Shown: in pieces, positions 43,269 to 53,632 of the stretch
Numbering within the stretch: the first letter of the stretch is position 1
How the letters are laid out: each line of letters begins with the position of its first letter
Source of the DNA: an uncultured Bacteroidales bacterium
GTDB lineage: Bacteria > Bacteroidota > Bacteroidia > Bacteroidales > GCA-2748055
Direction of reading: 5' to 3'
Length of the DNA stretch: 64,000 nt
Assembly: GCA_963732905.1 (NCBI GenBank)
Contig: CAVTBM010000011.1
Span: forward strand, 12,686 to 76,685
Position numbers and translations under genes: made by a program
Notes under the pieces: model-generated
Databases searched by the model: none
Seen by the model: the letters and a program-made list of their open reading frames with translations, nothing else
Told to the model about the DNA's origin: nothing

Positions 43269-44273
43269 TTAATCATTGCTCGTATAATCGTCGAGAGGTT
43301 TGAATTCCCAGATGTCATCGAATTCATAACTTGTGCTTCTTCCTGTTGCCACGAATCCGCGGCTGCCGTCGAGGGAGAAACTGACTGCATCGAGGCGGGC
43401 CGCACCTTCAAAAGCGGTTTTTTTGTCCCAGAGATCGGTTGCCGGGTCATATTCCCAGGTGTCTCCCAACAGGGAACCGTTCGTACCTGTTGTAATATAC
43501 GCCTTACCGTTAATTACGAAAGCTGTTGCGTTACTCCTGACAATCGAATAATCATTATCATAGCTTTCATCGCTCACATTGGCTATTTTGCGTTTCTCTG
43601 TCCATAAGCCGGTGGCCGGATCGTATTCTGAAAGGTCGTTTTCATAACTCCCATTATTTATACCAGTGCAAATATAGCCTTTCCCGTTCAATACAAACGC
43701 AACGGCATCACGGCGTTTTGCGCCTATTACGCTGACGATCTGCTGCCATGAATCAGTTCCCGGATCATACTCCCAGAAATCCTTCAGGTAGTTCCCGTCA
43801 TACCCCGTACCCATGTAACCCTTGTTGTCAATGCTGAAACCTACAGCGCCATACCGTGCCGTCCCGGGAAAATCAGCCTTTTGCGTCCACTGGTCTGTTG
43901 CCGGATCATATTCCCAGAAGTCCTTCATCTTGTCGGTGCCGCTATAACCCGTACCAACATAACCCTTCCCATTGATGCTGAAAGCTATCGCCGAGTTCCT
44001 TGCGTCTCCCGGCAGATCGGCAATTCTAATCCAGTAATTTTTGTCACTGTCATAGGCCCAAAAATCCTTCAGTCTGTTCAGCCCGTCATATCCTGTACCA
44101 ACATATCCGAATTTACCAATGGTAAATGAAACGGCATCGTTGCGGCTTACGCCCTCAAAATCGGATTCCTGAACCCAGTTCCCAATCAGCGTCTCCGTTG
44201 AATTATCTTTCTTGCATCCACCTGTCACAACCGCAATGAATAAGGGTAACCAATAAAAGGATTTAAATTTCAT
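43269..44273 (-). CDS. Kelch-repeat beta-propeller lipoprotein
   Basis: Lipobox (AVVTGGC). Six repeats of G..Y.GTGY.G....KDFWEYDP..D.W. Confidence 0.7.
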   Translation of the reverse strand: MKFKSFYWLPLFIAVVTGGCKKDNSTETLIGNWVQESDFEGVSRNDAVSFTIGKFGYVGTGYDGLNRLKDFWAYDSDKNYWIRIADLPGDARNSAIAFSINGKGYVGTGYSGTDKMKDFWEYDPATDQWTQKADFPGTARYGAVGFSIDNKGYMGTGYDGNYLKDFWEYDPGTDSWQQIVSVIGAKRRDAVAFVLNGKGYICTGINNGSYENDLSEYDPATGLWTEKRKIANVSDESYDNDYSIVRSNATAFVINGKAYITTGTNGSLLGDTWEYDPATDLWDKKTAFEGAARLDAVSFSLDGSRGFVATGRSTSYEFDDIWEFKPLDDYTSND

Positions 44274-44490
44274 GATATATGATTTAGAATTTATGAATTG
44301 AAGGCCTCCAAATATACCGGGTAATAACAGGGGTGTAAAACTATTTAGCCGGAGACATCAATTATACCGACGGATTGGATCTTTTTATCTGCCAAACTAC
44401 GATTCTGAGGTTGACAGATTCTTATTTCCAACTGGTCGATAAATACTTTGAATCTGTCATGAATTCCCGTTAACCGGTATAATTTATTTT

Positions 44491-45843
44491 TTGAGCCGTT
44501 TCATGGGATATTACTTTACTGTCAGATTAAAAACCCCGATTATGGCCAGGTATGCATTTCTTTTCCTGTCCTGTATGGCCCTGATGTCGTGCAGCAAGGA
44601 TGAATCGGCTTATGATATTGGAGAGGACTTTGTTTCCCTGAACACGAATCTGCACTATGTCGATACGTTTTCTATAAACAGTTATACCGTCAAGCTTGAT
44701 TCCATTACCTCCTCGGGATATGGAAAGATCCTGGTCGGAAAATATTCAGACAGTGAACTGGGGACCCTCCGGTCGCACAGCTTCTTTCAGCTTGGTCTTC
44801 CGTATATCTATGCTATCCCTGATAACTCCGAATACGATAATGCTCAGTTAATCCTGGTTTCTGACGGGTATTCAGCCGGTGACACGCTATCCCGGTTCAG
44901 CATGAGTCTTCACCGGTTATTGTCCCAGCCTTCGACTGTTGAAAACGGATACTTCTACAACACTTCGAATGTACCATATGAACCGGAACCAGCTGGTGAA
45001 ATTTCTGTCTATCCACGCCCTTCACTGCTGGATACCTTAAAAATGCCGATGGACAATACCCTGGGTAAAGACCTCTTCACCAAATTTTCTAACCATGATG
45101 ATGAAGTTTCGAGTGAATCCTCCTTCCTAAACTACCTTAAAGGTTTTGCACTACTGGAGGACAACACTGATCAGTCGGTTATGAGATTCAGTGCAACCGA
45201 TTCATCCCTTTACCTGCGAATCAATTTTCATTACCCCTCGTATGAAACGATGCACAGTTATCTCGATCTTCCCTTGTACAATTCAGCCGACCAGTTTAAT
45301 TATACCGGGAGGGAGAATTCATTTCTTGACAGCCTTTCAAATCAGCGGGTGATGTTTCCTTCATCCACGACCGGAGACGTGACCTTCGTTCAGGGAGGCA
45401 ACCCGGTTGTCACCCGGCTTGAATTTCCCTCTCTCAATAAGCTGCCCGAAAATTTCCATAATATAAAAGTAGTAAAGGCCGAAATAATCCTGGTACCTGA
45501 AAAGAACACCTATAAAAATATACCGCTCCCAGCTGAACTCGCCCTGTATGAGACCGACAATTATAACCGTTTCGTCAGCGGGATCCTGGATAATACCGGA
45601 AGTCTCGAAACGGGTGTACTGAACATTGACGATATGTTCAACGAGCAGACCACCTATACGTTTGATGTCACACAATGGGCCGACGTTGAGATCCATAACC
45701 ACTCCGACAACATTCCGGCACTTCTGGTTACACTTCCGCCAGGTAACGGGCTGAACTCCAGTTTCAGCCGGGTTGTTCTCAATGCCTCCCGGCATGCGGA
45801 ATATGCGCTCAGGCTAAAAATATACTATATCAATTATGACTAA
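44491..45843 (+). CDS. Lipoprotein of unknown function (possibly DUF4270-like)
   Basis: The likely true start is ATG 44542 (MARYAFLFLSCMALMSCSKDES, lipobox). 8-nt overlap with the downstream beta-barrel gene. Confidence 0.5.
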   Translation: MSRFMGYYFTVRLKTPIMARYAFLFLSCMALMSCSKDESAYDIGEDFVSLNTNLHYVDTFSINSYTVKLDSITSSGYGKILVGKYSDSELGTLRSHSFFQLGLPYIYAIPDNSEYDNAQLILVSDGYSAGDTLSRFSMSLHRLLSQPSTVENGYFYNTSNVPYEPEPAGEISVYPRPSLLDTLKMPMDNTLGKDLFTKFSNHDDEVSSESSFLNYLKGFALLEDNTDQSVMRFSATDSSLYLRINFHYPSYETMHSYLDLPLYNSADQFNYTGRENSFLDSLSNQRVMFPSSTTGDVTFVQGGNPVVTRLEFPSLNKLPENFHNIKVVKAEIILVPEKNTYKNIPLPAELALYETDNYNRFVSGILDNTGSLETGVLNIDDMFNEQTTYTFDVTQWADVEIHNHSDNIPALLVTLPPGNGLNSSFSRVVLNASRHAEYALRLKIYYINYD

Positions 45844-47095
45844 ACCCGGATTGATAAAACACCTTGCCATATCCGCACTCCTCATTGTATGTCTCTGCAA
45901 TATGGTTTTTTCTCAGGAGAGTTCACATCTCCCCTACTCGATTTTCGGCATAGGCGAATTGACACCTAAGGGATTCAGCCGCAATGCGGCTTTGGGCAAG
46001 ACAGGAATAGCACTTCCTTCGAATTTGGGGCTGAATGATGTGAATCCCGCCTCTCTTTTCCCGATTGATAGTATATCCTTTTTCCTTGACCTGGGACTTG
46101 CCGGAGATTTTGTGAAGTACAGCACCAGCAGTCAATCGCAGAAGGCAAGTAACGTGAACTTTCAGAATATCGCCTTTGGTTTTCCGGTTAATAACTGGTG
46201 GAAAAGCAGTTTTGGCATGGTACCTTACAGCATGGTCGGATATAAAGTAGCCATACAGCGAATGATTGAGGGGACCACCGATCCTTATAATTCCATCATA
46301 ACCGGCAACGGTGGAATAAGCAAACTTTACTGGCAGAATACAGTCACCCCATTCCGCAATCTCCATCTGGGGGTCAGCTTTGGCTATCTTTTCGGAAGCA
46401 TCAGGAATAACGAATCTACCAGTTATTCCCTTTTCAGTAGTAGCATAATAACGGAAGAAACCAACTATCTCAATTCGTTTAATGTTGATTTTGGTTTAAT
46501 GTACCGGCTTGCATTATCCGGCAAATCGGAAGTTCTGCTGGGAATGACCTATGGTCCGGGCCAGTCACTGAATTTCAGAAAAGAAAAGTTTATCACCCAG
46601 GGCTCCGACACCATCCTGGCAAATGAAACCACATACACAGGCTTATTTCATTCCCCGATGCATTATGGCGGCGGGATTACCGTAAATCTGTCCGGCCAGA
46701 TCCTTCTGACCGGCGACTATGAATTTTCCAACTGGTCCAAAACGAAATCGGACAACCAGGACTACATCTTTGCAAACACCAATGCGTTCAGGGGAGGGAT
46801 TGAATACACACCCAAAAAACAGCTTAACGCGGGATACTTTAGAAGAATGACTTACCGTGCAGGAGGGTTCAGTGAGGACTACTATTTGAAAATAAACGGC
46901 GTTGCCACAAAAAATACCGGCTTTACCTTTGGCTTCAGTTTTCCGATGCCGGGCAATACATCATCGATCAATCTTTCGTTCACGGAAGGAAGACTGGGGA
47001 CAACGGATAAGGGTCTTATCCTGAAAAACTATTCCTCAGTCTTCCTTGGTTTTACTTTGCACGACTGGTGGTTTATCAAACATAAGTTCGATTAA
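45836..47095 (+). CDS. Outer-membrane beta-barrel protein, function unknown
   Basis: Signal peptide, alternating beta-strand pattern, aromatic-rich C-terminus (LHDWWFIKHKFD). Confidence 0.5.
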   Translation: MTKPGLIKHLAISALLIVCLCNMVFSQESSHLPYSIFGIGELTPKGFSRNAALGKTGIALPSNLGLNDVNPASLFPIDSISFFLDLGLAGDFVKYSTSSQSQKASNVNFQNIAFGFPVNNWWKSSFGMVPYSMVGYKVAIQRMIEGTTDPYNSIITGNGGISKLYWQNTVTPFRNLHLGVSFGYLFGSIRNNESTSYSLFSSSIITEETNYLNSFNVDFGLMYRLALSGKSEVLLGMTYGPGQSLNFRKEKFITQGSDTILANETTYTGLFHSPMHYGGGITVNLSGQILLTGDYEFSNWSKTKSDNQDYIFANTNAFRGGIEYTPKKQLNAGYFRRMTYRAGGFSEDYYLKINGVATKNTGFTFGFSFPMPGNTSSINLSFTEGRLGTTDKGLILKNYSSVFLGFTLHDWWFIKHKFD

Positions 47096-47114
47096 ACCCG
47101 GCACTGAAATCATT

Positions 47115-50100
47115 TCAGATCAGGGCCCTGATAATATCCGCCGTGACTTTGTTCATGGCGTCAATATCTGCCGCTCCTTCCAATGCTGCCGTGGCTTTTC
47201 CGCTCAGCCCCTTCCCTACATAAAGATTTCCCCGGAAAGGCACCAGGCTGAAAATGACCTGCAGCGCATCGTTGCCCAGGGGATACCTCTGGATATACAT
47301 CGGATCGCCCGGACTCCTGGGAATAAAGGCATTATCCCGTTTTGCCAGGGAGAAAGACAGTCCGCGCTGAAACATCTCCTGGAGTAGGTCCAGAGGTGAG
47401 TAATCGAACGTCACTGAAGGCTTGATGCCGGGGTAGGCAAAATACTCCACTTCGGGATGGATGATATGTACGCCGACGGTCTTCAGGTCAAAGTAGATAT
47501 CGAATACCCGGTCTGAGAGTTTCAGCAGGTCGAGTTTCCCGCTTTCCTGGTCGAAACCGCCGAAGCCGATCTCCGTTGAAACCTGTCCGGCAAACGCAAA
47601 TTCCATTTTGTCTGGGATCCTCTTATCATCTTTTTTAAACGTGAAACAAATCCTCACATCATCGAAAAAAGTGGTGGCATAATACCCGCCCTCAGAAGCA
47701 GGACGGGGAGTGAACAACGTACGGGGTGGCACTGCCGGCCATAGCCCGGCCTTCACCTGTTCATCGTTGAGAGGGTTCAGCACAGGGAAGGCCAGCTTCA
47801 GAAATTTGAACAAATCTGCGGTCTCATCCGGTGTAAAATCATAATTGAAAAGAAACTGGCGCCACAGCACATAGATATAATCATTGATGAAATTCTGCGA
47901 AAGGACGGTACCCAGGTAGTACCTCGCCACACTGGTAATATCTGTAGAGACCCAGCCCAGAAGACTCCCGGCCGCTGTAAAGGCATCCACAGGATCGGTG
48001 AACTCTGACTTATATTCTTCCCGAAGGATCATGATATTGGGCTTCACCACCGAATCGATTTGGGTAATATAGGGATTGATGACGCCCATCAGCCCGGCGT
48101 TCAAAGCCTGTTCGATATAGCCGTGATCATCCGCAGCAAATTCAACATCATTGCTTATTCCTGCAAGCGGTACCGGACCAAAATCCGGCGGATAAGTGAT
48201 CTTCAGATCATCTTTCAGGTACTTGTTAAGTGCATCCTGCAGTTGTGATTCAAGGTTGTTGATCACCAGGTCGGTAGCATCCAGCACTATGGTGTAGATG
48301 AGGGAAAGGATCTGGTGGATGCCTGTTGGGACGACGCTGATATAGGATGCACTGACATCCGCATCAAGGGTCAGTTGCACGTCGGGCTGCAAAACATTGG
48401 AAGGATTGGGTACCAGCCGTATATGACTGTCAACTTTCAGTTTGGCAAGTTCAAGCGATACATAAGCCAGGTCAAGTCCGATGAAAATACCCACAAGTAT
48501 GGCCATACCCATAAGGAAGCAGGTAAAGGGAAACAGGAAGCAGGCAATAGCGGTGATAGCGGTGACCGCAAGATATTTACCGGTCACCCAACGCGAAACC
48601 CATGCATTTCCGCTGGCATCGGGCAGGTCAATTACCAGGTGGATACTGTCGCTGTCAAAATCCAGTGTACTGAATACTTCCGTATTGTTTATCCTGATAT
48701 CAAAATCTATATCGTTAAGCTTTACTTTGAGAAGATCATAAAAAATGGTAAACGAAGAGGTAGATGACGGATAGTTGAGGCTAATGGTACCAATACCCTT
48801 AAAAACATAAGCATCTACGAGCAGTCCCCTCTGGTCTTCAGGCAAGCTGGAGAAGCGGTCCTCCGCAGCAATGGCCCCATTGGCGATCACATTGTCCACA
48901 ACGGCCTGGAGGGCCGGCGACAGATGCAGGGAAGCAAGATTATTGCCTGATGCCAGGAGTTTGCTCAATGAAGAAACCGCCAGCTTATCGAGCATTCCCA
49001 GTTTCTGGGTATAGGTGACACTGGTGGCATGCTCATCATGAAGAAGATCATAAAGGCCTCCGCCCGGATCGCCGGCTCCGAGAGCGTCGGCATGGGCTTT
49101 AAACTGATCCATCCAGGTAATAGGGAGATTTCCGTTGTTGCCACTGAACCCCGAAAGTCTTTTACTGATACCGTTGGCGATATATTTGATGTCATCGAGT
49201 AGTTTCTCGTCGACAAGGCTTGACAGCAGAGCACCATACGTTTCAGGCAGGCAAGACGGGAATCTCAGTCCCCCGGCTTCCCTGTTAATGGCGTTATCCT
49301 TTGTCTGGTCAGCCGTTGTATCATCCCCACAACATTCCTGGTCGCCGGGAGGATAGACTCCAGTATACCCGCCTCCCGCAGGACTCCGTCCAACGTGTCT
49401 CCGGTGAGCGGATAACTGCACCGACGGACCGAAATACGTACGCTGGTCATTCCGTTTGTCGCGCTGGTCGGCATCCCTCAGATCCTTGTATCCCCCGGGA
49501 ATACTGAACATATCGTCCTTTGATTCGACAAGCCGAAGATCCGAGACCGTAAAGGAAGACATCTTTTCCCAGGTCTGCATGCCTCTTTCCATAAACACTT
49601 CGCCTTTCACCGGGATGCCTGTTTCAGCCACAGCCGAAAGATCGAGACCGGCTTTGCTCATCCGGTCACTACACCCGATAAGCATGCAGGCAGCTTCCTG
49701 CCTGAATGGGGCCCACTGTTCGCCGGTGTCGAGTTCCAGAAGATATTTCAGTTTAAAGGGAGCCGTGACCACAATTTCTGCGACCGCATTTCCTGCCTTC
49801 TGATCCTTTCTAATTCCGGCCTTTCCGGTCAATCTTTCAGCAAAGCCAAGAGCGGTCATGCTGCTATCAGGCATCCTGAGAAAGGTCTTACTGGTCTTAT
49901 CGCAAAACAGGAAGCCGTTGGCCTTGTCTGTTATATAAATAAAGTTCTCCCCGTGAATGCTCTTCCCGTTACATTCAACCCTGGAATTTTCTGCAGACAG
50001 TAAGACTGCCAGATTGCCTTCCGGCGTATCATGAGCAAAAACCTGATGGTTGCGTGTTAGCGATCGGATGTAATCAAGCTGGTTCGTCTCGGCTGAAAAT

Positions 50101-50306
50101 TCAACATTAAAAGATAAGACATGCTTCCCGACGGCCGTTGAAGGTTTCCAGGCTTTCAGGGCGGGTTGAAGGATGCAATCTTTCATTGAGTCATACGAAT
50201 GTTTCTCCATGAAGTCCCCAAAAACCTCATGAGGGAGCTGTTGTTCCGGTGATGTTGCTTTCATAATGATAGTTTTAGTTGTTTTAAAACTGGTCGGACC
50301 CTGCAT
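47115..50306 (-). CDS. 1063-aa orphan protein with a central TM hairpin; no recognisable catalytic motif
   Basis: Long uninterrupted ORF with no signal peptide. A hydrophobic stretch YLAVTAITAIACFLFPFTCFLMGMAILVGIFIGLDLAYV is encoded around 48470-48590. The start could be ATG 50264 (MKATSPEQQ). Confidence 0.6.
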   Translation of the reverse strand: MQGPTSFKTTKTIIMKATSPEQQLPHEVFGDFMEKHSYDSMKDCILQPALKAWKPSTAVGKHVLSFNVEFSAETNQLDYIRSLTRNHQVFAHDTPEGNLAVLLSAENSRVECNGKSIHGENFIYITDKANGFLFCDKTSKTFLRMPDSSMTALGFAERLTGKAGIRKDQKAGNAVAEIVVTAPFKLKYLLELDTGEQWAPFRQEAACMLIGCSDRMSKAGLDLSAVAETGIPVKGEVFMERGMQTWEKMSSFTVSDLRLVESKDDMFSIPGGYKDLRDADQRDKRNDQRTYFGPSVQLSAHRRHVGRSPAGGGYTGVYPPGDQECCGDDTTADQTKDNAINREAGGLRFPSCLPETYGALLSSLVDEKLLDDIKYIANGISKRLSGFSGNNGNLPITWMDQFKAHADALGAGDPGGGLYDLLHDEHATSVTYTQKLGMLDKLAVSSLSKLLASGNNLASLHLSPALQAVVDNVIANGAIAAEDRFSSLPEDQRGLLVDAYVFKGIGTISLNYPSSTSSFTIFYDLLKVKLNDIDFDIRINNTEVFSTLDFDSDSIHLVIDLPDASGNAWVSRWVTGKYLAVTAITAIACFLFPFTCFLMGMAILVGIFIGLDLAYVSLELAKLKVDSHIRLVPNPSNVLQPDVQLTLDADVSASYISVVPTGIHQILSLIYTIVLDATDLVINNLESQLQDALNKYLKDDLKITYPPDFGPVPLAGISNDVEFAADDHGYIEQALNAGLMGVINPYITQIDSVVKPNIMILREEYKSEFTDPVDAFTAAGSLLGWVSTDITSVARYYLGTVLSQNFINDYIYVLWRQFLFNYDFTPDETADLFKFLKLAFPVLNPLNDEQVKAGLWPAVPPRTLFTPRPASEGGYYATTFFDDVRICFTFKKDDKRIPDKMEFAFAGQVSTEIGFGGFDQESGKLDLLKLSDRVFDIYFDLKTVGVHIIHPEVEYFAYPGIKPSVTFDYSPLDLLQEMFQRGLSFSLAKRDNAFIPRSPGDPMYIQRYPLGNDALQVIFSLVPFRGNLYVGKGLSGKATAALEGAADIDAMNKVTADIIRALI

Positions 50307-50694
50307 AATGTCCGCGACTTATAACAAGTCTCATCAACAGGTATTTCTGTAAAAAGTTAATAAGGAATCCTGATGTTATTCCACATAACATCAAAGAGAA
50401 ATCGTTCAGGCAGGAAGGCAAATATATTACATTGGTAAGCTGAAAGTCAAGGTTATAAGCGACTTTCTTGCAGTTTTCGGGTCCGTAATGGCATTTATAT
50501 CCATTTCACAAAGTAAAACGGGAAAAATTTCGGGTAAGGATCAGCTTTGAGGTTAAGTTCATGACCATAACGTTTTTGATTTTCAAATCCCTTCCTCACA
50601 CTCTTTCCATTTATTCACCAGTCATCCCCCCGCCTCTTTCGTTTCTTCAAAATATTACCTTTGTAAATTATAAAATAACTGAAAAATCATCTTC

Positions 50695-52083
50695 ATGATA
50701 AGGAAAACTATAACCATCCTGCTTTTCTTCAGTCTGATGATTGCCGGGCTGTCCTGTACGCATCGTCCTTCCCCCGGACTCATTCTCCACCCGGTGAAGG
50801 GATCGGCATGGCAGGTACAGGTCACCGATACCGATGGTGACGGCCATGACGAACTGGTCTATTCGACCTATGGAGGAAAGGTTTACTGCCAGAATCCATC
50901 TGATGACCGTATCCTCTGGTCTTACGATCCTGGCAGCTTTGTTTTTGACCTGAAGGTAGCTGACCTTGACGGGGACGGTCGGTCTGAGATCCTTACTGCC
51001 GGTTCTGATGGCCGGCTGACCTGCATTGACCACCATGGGAAGCTGAAGTGGAGATTCGATACCCCCTTACCGTTGTACAATGTGATATGCGGCCATTTCA
51101 CCGGCACAAACACCCTTTCTGTCGCATGTGGTGGTATCAGCCGGGAAGTATATCTGCTGGATAAGGATGGAAGGCTTATCGCAAGATCCGGAAAAACGGG
51201 GCGGCTGGTGCATCGTATGGCTGCCGGTAACCTCGATGACGATCCCCTGGACGAGATCTTTGTAATGACAGATAAAATGCAGGCGGCATGCATGAGCTTC
51301 AGGGATGGTAAGCTTCTAACAGACTGGGAAAAGCCATTGAAAGTACCGGAGAAATATATCAACTGGGAAAACCCCGGCGGATATTTCTATGTTTTCTCAG
51401 TGAAGATCGATGACCTGGATGGTGATGGCACCAACGAGATCATCATGGGTGACACCTATTTCAATAAGCAGGCTGTGATGGTAACCGACAACCGGGCACG
51501 GCCGCTATGGGTCAGCACTGAAGAAAATTTCATCCAGCCTGACAAATACAGGAATACAGATTTTTACAGCACTGCTTTCGTTGAAACGGCCGACCTCAAC
51601 AACAATAGTCAGGGTAAAGAGATCCTCTCCGTTGCCGGGGGGACGTTAAGAGTGTATGATCATTACGGGAATATCCTTTCCCAGGCAATGGCCACGACAG
51701 GGTTTACAGACCTGAAGGTTTCAGACGGTTCCGCCTGGCTCGGATCTTCACCCAACGGCGACGAAACCGTTTACCAGCTCAGGCTTCAGCCCGGCTTCGA
51801 GAGCACGTTCCGTTCGATTGAAAGAGCCGGAATGGTAAGGGATATCGGAGTCACCATCGACAGCATAAGGGTCCGTGCCAGCAGACTGAACATGGACAGT
51901 CTTCATACCGGGCGGGATTACGAGGTAATCCCCGGATTCCGCTTCAGTATGGGAAAGAGTGGTTCGGCTGAATGGCAAAGACAGACAGACTGGTGGAGAT
52001 CCATCTTTCCCTACGGAAAATATAAGACTTGCCAGTTCGGTCAAAGTGATCGAGAAGGATCCGCCGCTAAATGCTTCCGGTGA
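50695..52083 (+). CDS. FG-GAP/VCBS-repeat beta-propeller protein (may be the N-terminal part of a split gene)
   Basis: Signal/lipoprotein-like start (LLFFSLMIAGLSC). Repeats DTDGDGHDELVY, DLDGDGRSEILTAGSDGRL, NLDDDPLDEIFV, DLDGDGTNEIIMGD. Confidence 0.7.
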   Translation: MIRKTITILLFFSLMIAGLSCTHRPSPGLILHPVKGSAWQVQVTDTDGDGHDELVYSTYGGKVYCQNPSDDRILWSYDPGSFVFDLKVADLDGDGRSEILTAGSDGRLTCIDHHGKLKWRFDTPLPLYNVICGHFTGTNTLSVACGGISREVYLLDKDGRLIARSGKTGRLVHRMAAGNLDDDPLDEIFVMTDKMQAACMSFRDGKLLTDWEKPLKVPEKYINWENPGGYFYVFSVKIDDLDGDGTNEIIMGDTYFNKQAVMVTDNRARPLWVSTEENFIQPDKYRNTDFYSTAFVETADLNNNSQGKEILSVAGGTLRVYDHYGNILSQAMATTGFTDLKVSDGSAWLGSSPNGDETVYQLRLQPGFESTFRSIERAGMVRDIGVTIDSIRVRASRLNMDSLHTGRDYEVIPGFRFSMGKSGSAEWQRQTDWWRSIFPYGKYKTCQFGQSDREGSAAKCFR

Positions 52084-53479
52084 ACCCTGGTCGGAGCAGA
52101 GATGGAAGATCGATGCCATCAATGGCACCATGAGCATTGACAGTATCCTGAAGATTGCCGAATATATCGAAGAGAACAAGATTCCCACGGTTTTCTATAT
52201 CGGTCATTCGGTGATGCCTTTCATCACACTGGAAACCGCTTATAAAATTGCCCTGACTGCACCTCATTACTGTCTTGGTTTCAGAACGGCAGAAGATGAA
52301 GATTTCGGGAGGATACCGGATTATATGCAACAGTACTTCGCTCCCCTGAGCCACTTCTGTGCCCGGCACGGGATGGAATTTTCCACCACGAACAAAAACG
52401 CATGGTGGGCAGCTGTTACCGCCTATCCGGAGGTGGCGCAATACCTGTTTACCGATGATACAAAAAAGACACTGAGTGCCTCGACCGAGGACTCCAATTC
52501 GCGCACACCGGAGATCAACCTGATGGCACGGTACGGGCTTTATCTTGCCGGTGAAGTTAACGGGTTAACTGTAAATGTTCACCAGGATATGTTCTCCTTC
52601 AACCGGTTTTTTCAATGGGAATACCCGAAACACGGCCATCCTTTCCTGCGCCTGATGATGGCACACACCCTTCTGGGAGGCAGAAGTTACAACCTGAGAA
52701 TCCCCTACAAATATAAAGACAGCAATGGTGATATAGCTTTTACCAGGCTCGGGGAAGAAAGCGTGGAGCCGTTTATGGAACTTTTAGGAAAAGGCATTGT
52801 TTTTTGTCCCCGTCCAGATGAAATAGCCGGGACATCGGAAATCGGAATCGCTTTTGAACCTCCCTCCGGGAAATGGCTGAAGGATGCTATTAACGGCCAT
52901 TCGCCCGAGACCTGGGAAGCCGACAGCGAAATGCAACATGCCATTATACCATTTAACGGCTGTGAATGGGGTATGACACCAACCCCCGGCTTCGCCATGC
53001 AGAAGGTGCTTTTCCATAAGGACAGGCAATTCGGCCTTTTCATCCCACCCACACCATACGGGCTTGTCCCAATCATGCCGGCTAATCAGGACCTTCGCCG
53101 GGCGGCAGGAGTGAATCGCTGGATCCACACCGACGGGATCTATCTTTGGGAAGATGAGAATCATAAAATGACGGGGCAGGACGCTGCTGATTTTCTTAAA
53201 AATATTTTTGAAGAAGCAGCAAAAAACCTGGCATTCAGGACGTCAGGGGATGACGTTTTCACACAGGTGCTGAAACTCCGGGACGGACAGTACCGCCTTT
53301 TCCTTATCGATCCCGGATGGCTTGACCCTGCCGACAGACAGGTCATTATTTTCAATCAGACACATCACTCCTGCAGGTTGAAGGATGTGCTAACAGGTGA
53401 AGAAACCGTTGCCTCTGCAACCGGAAATTTTAAGGTAAAGATCCCGGCCGGCGCATTCAGGATTCTCGAAACATTTTGA
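51959..53479 (+). CDS. Unknown 506-aa protein overlapping the FG-GAP ORF by 125 nt (likely its C-terminal part)
   Basis: GTG start only. The frame overlaps the 50695-52083 tail. No signal peptide of its own. Confidence 0.5.
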   Translation: MVRLNGKDRQTGGDPSFPTENIRLASSVKVIEKDPPLNASGEPWSEQRWKIDAINGTMSIDSILKIAEYIEENKIPTVFYIGHSVMPFITLETAYKIALTAPHYCLGFRTAEDEDFGRIPDYMQQYFAPLSHFCARHGMEFSTTNKNAWWAAVTAYPEVAQYLFTDDTKKTLSASTEDSNSRTPEINLMARYGLYLAGEVNGLTVNVHQDMFSFNRFFQWEYPKHGHPFLRLMMAHTLLGGRSYNLRIPYKYKDSNGDIAFTRLGEESVEPFMELLGKGIVFCPRPDEIAGTSEIGIAFEPPSGKWLKDAINGHSPETWEADSEMQHAIIPFNGCEWGMTPTPGFAMQKVLFHKDRQFGLFIPPTPYGLVPIMPANQDLRRAAGVNRWIHTDGIYLWEDENHKMTGQDAADFLKNIFEEAAKNLAFRTSGDDVFTQVLKLRDGQYRLFLIDPGWLDPADRQVIIFNQTHHSCRLKDVLTGEETVASATGNFKVKIPAGAFRILETF

Positions 53480-53632
53480 ATATGCAGGGAGCGGATGAAG
53501 GTGAAAATATGTACTAAAATTTTAAACTTACCCAACAATCTGAAACGTTATGGGGTTTTATTTAGTTGAATGGTGACGCATGGAATGTTAAACCCGTTTT
53601 ACCCTTGAAACCTGTCAACTGAAAAAAGACCA

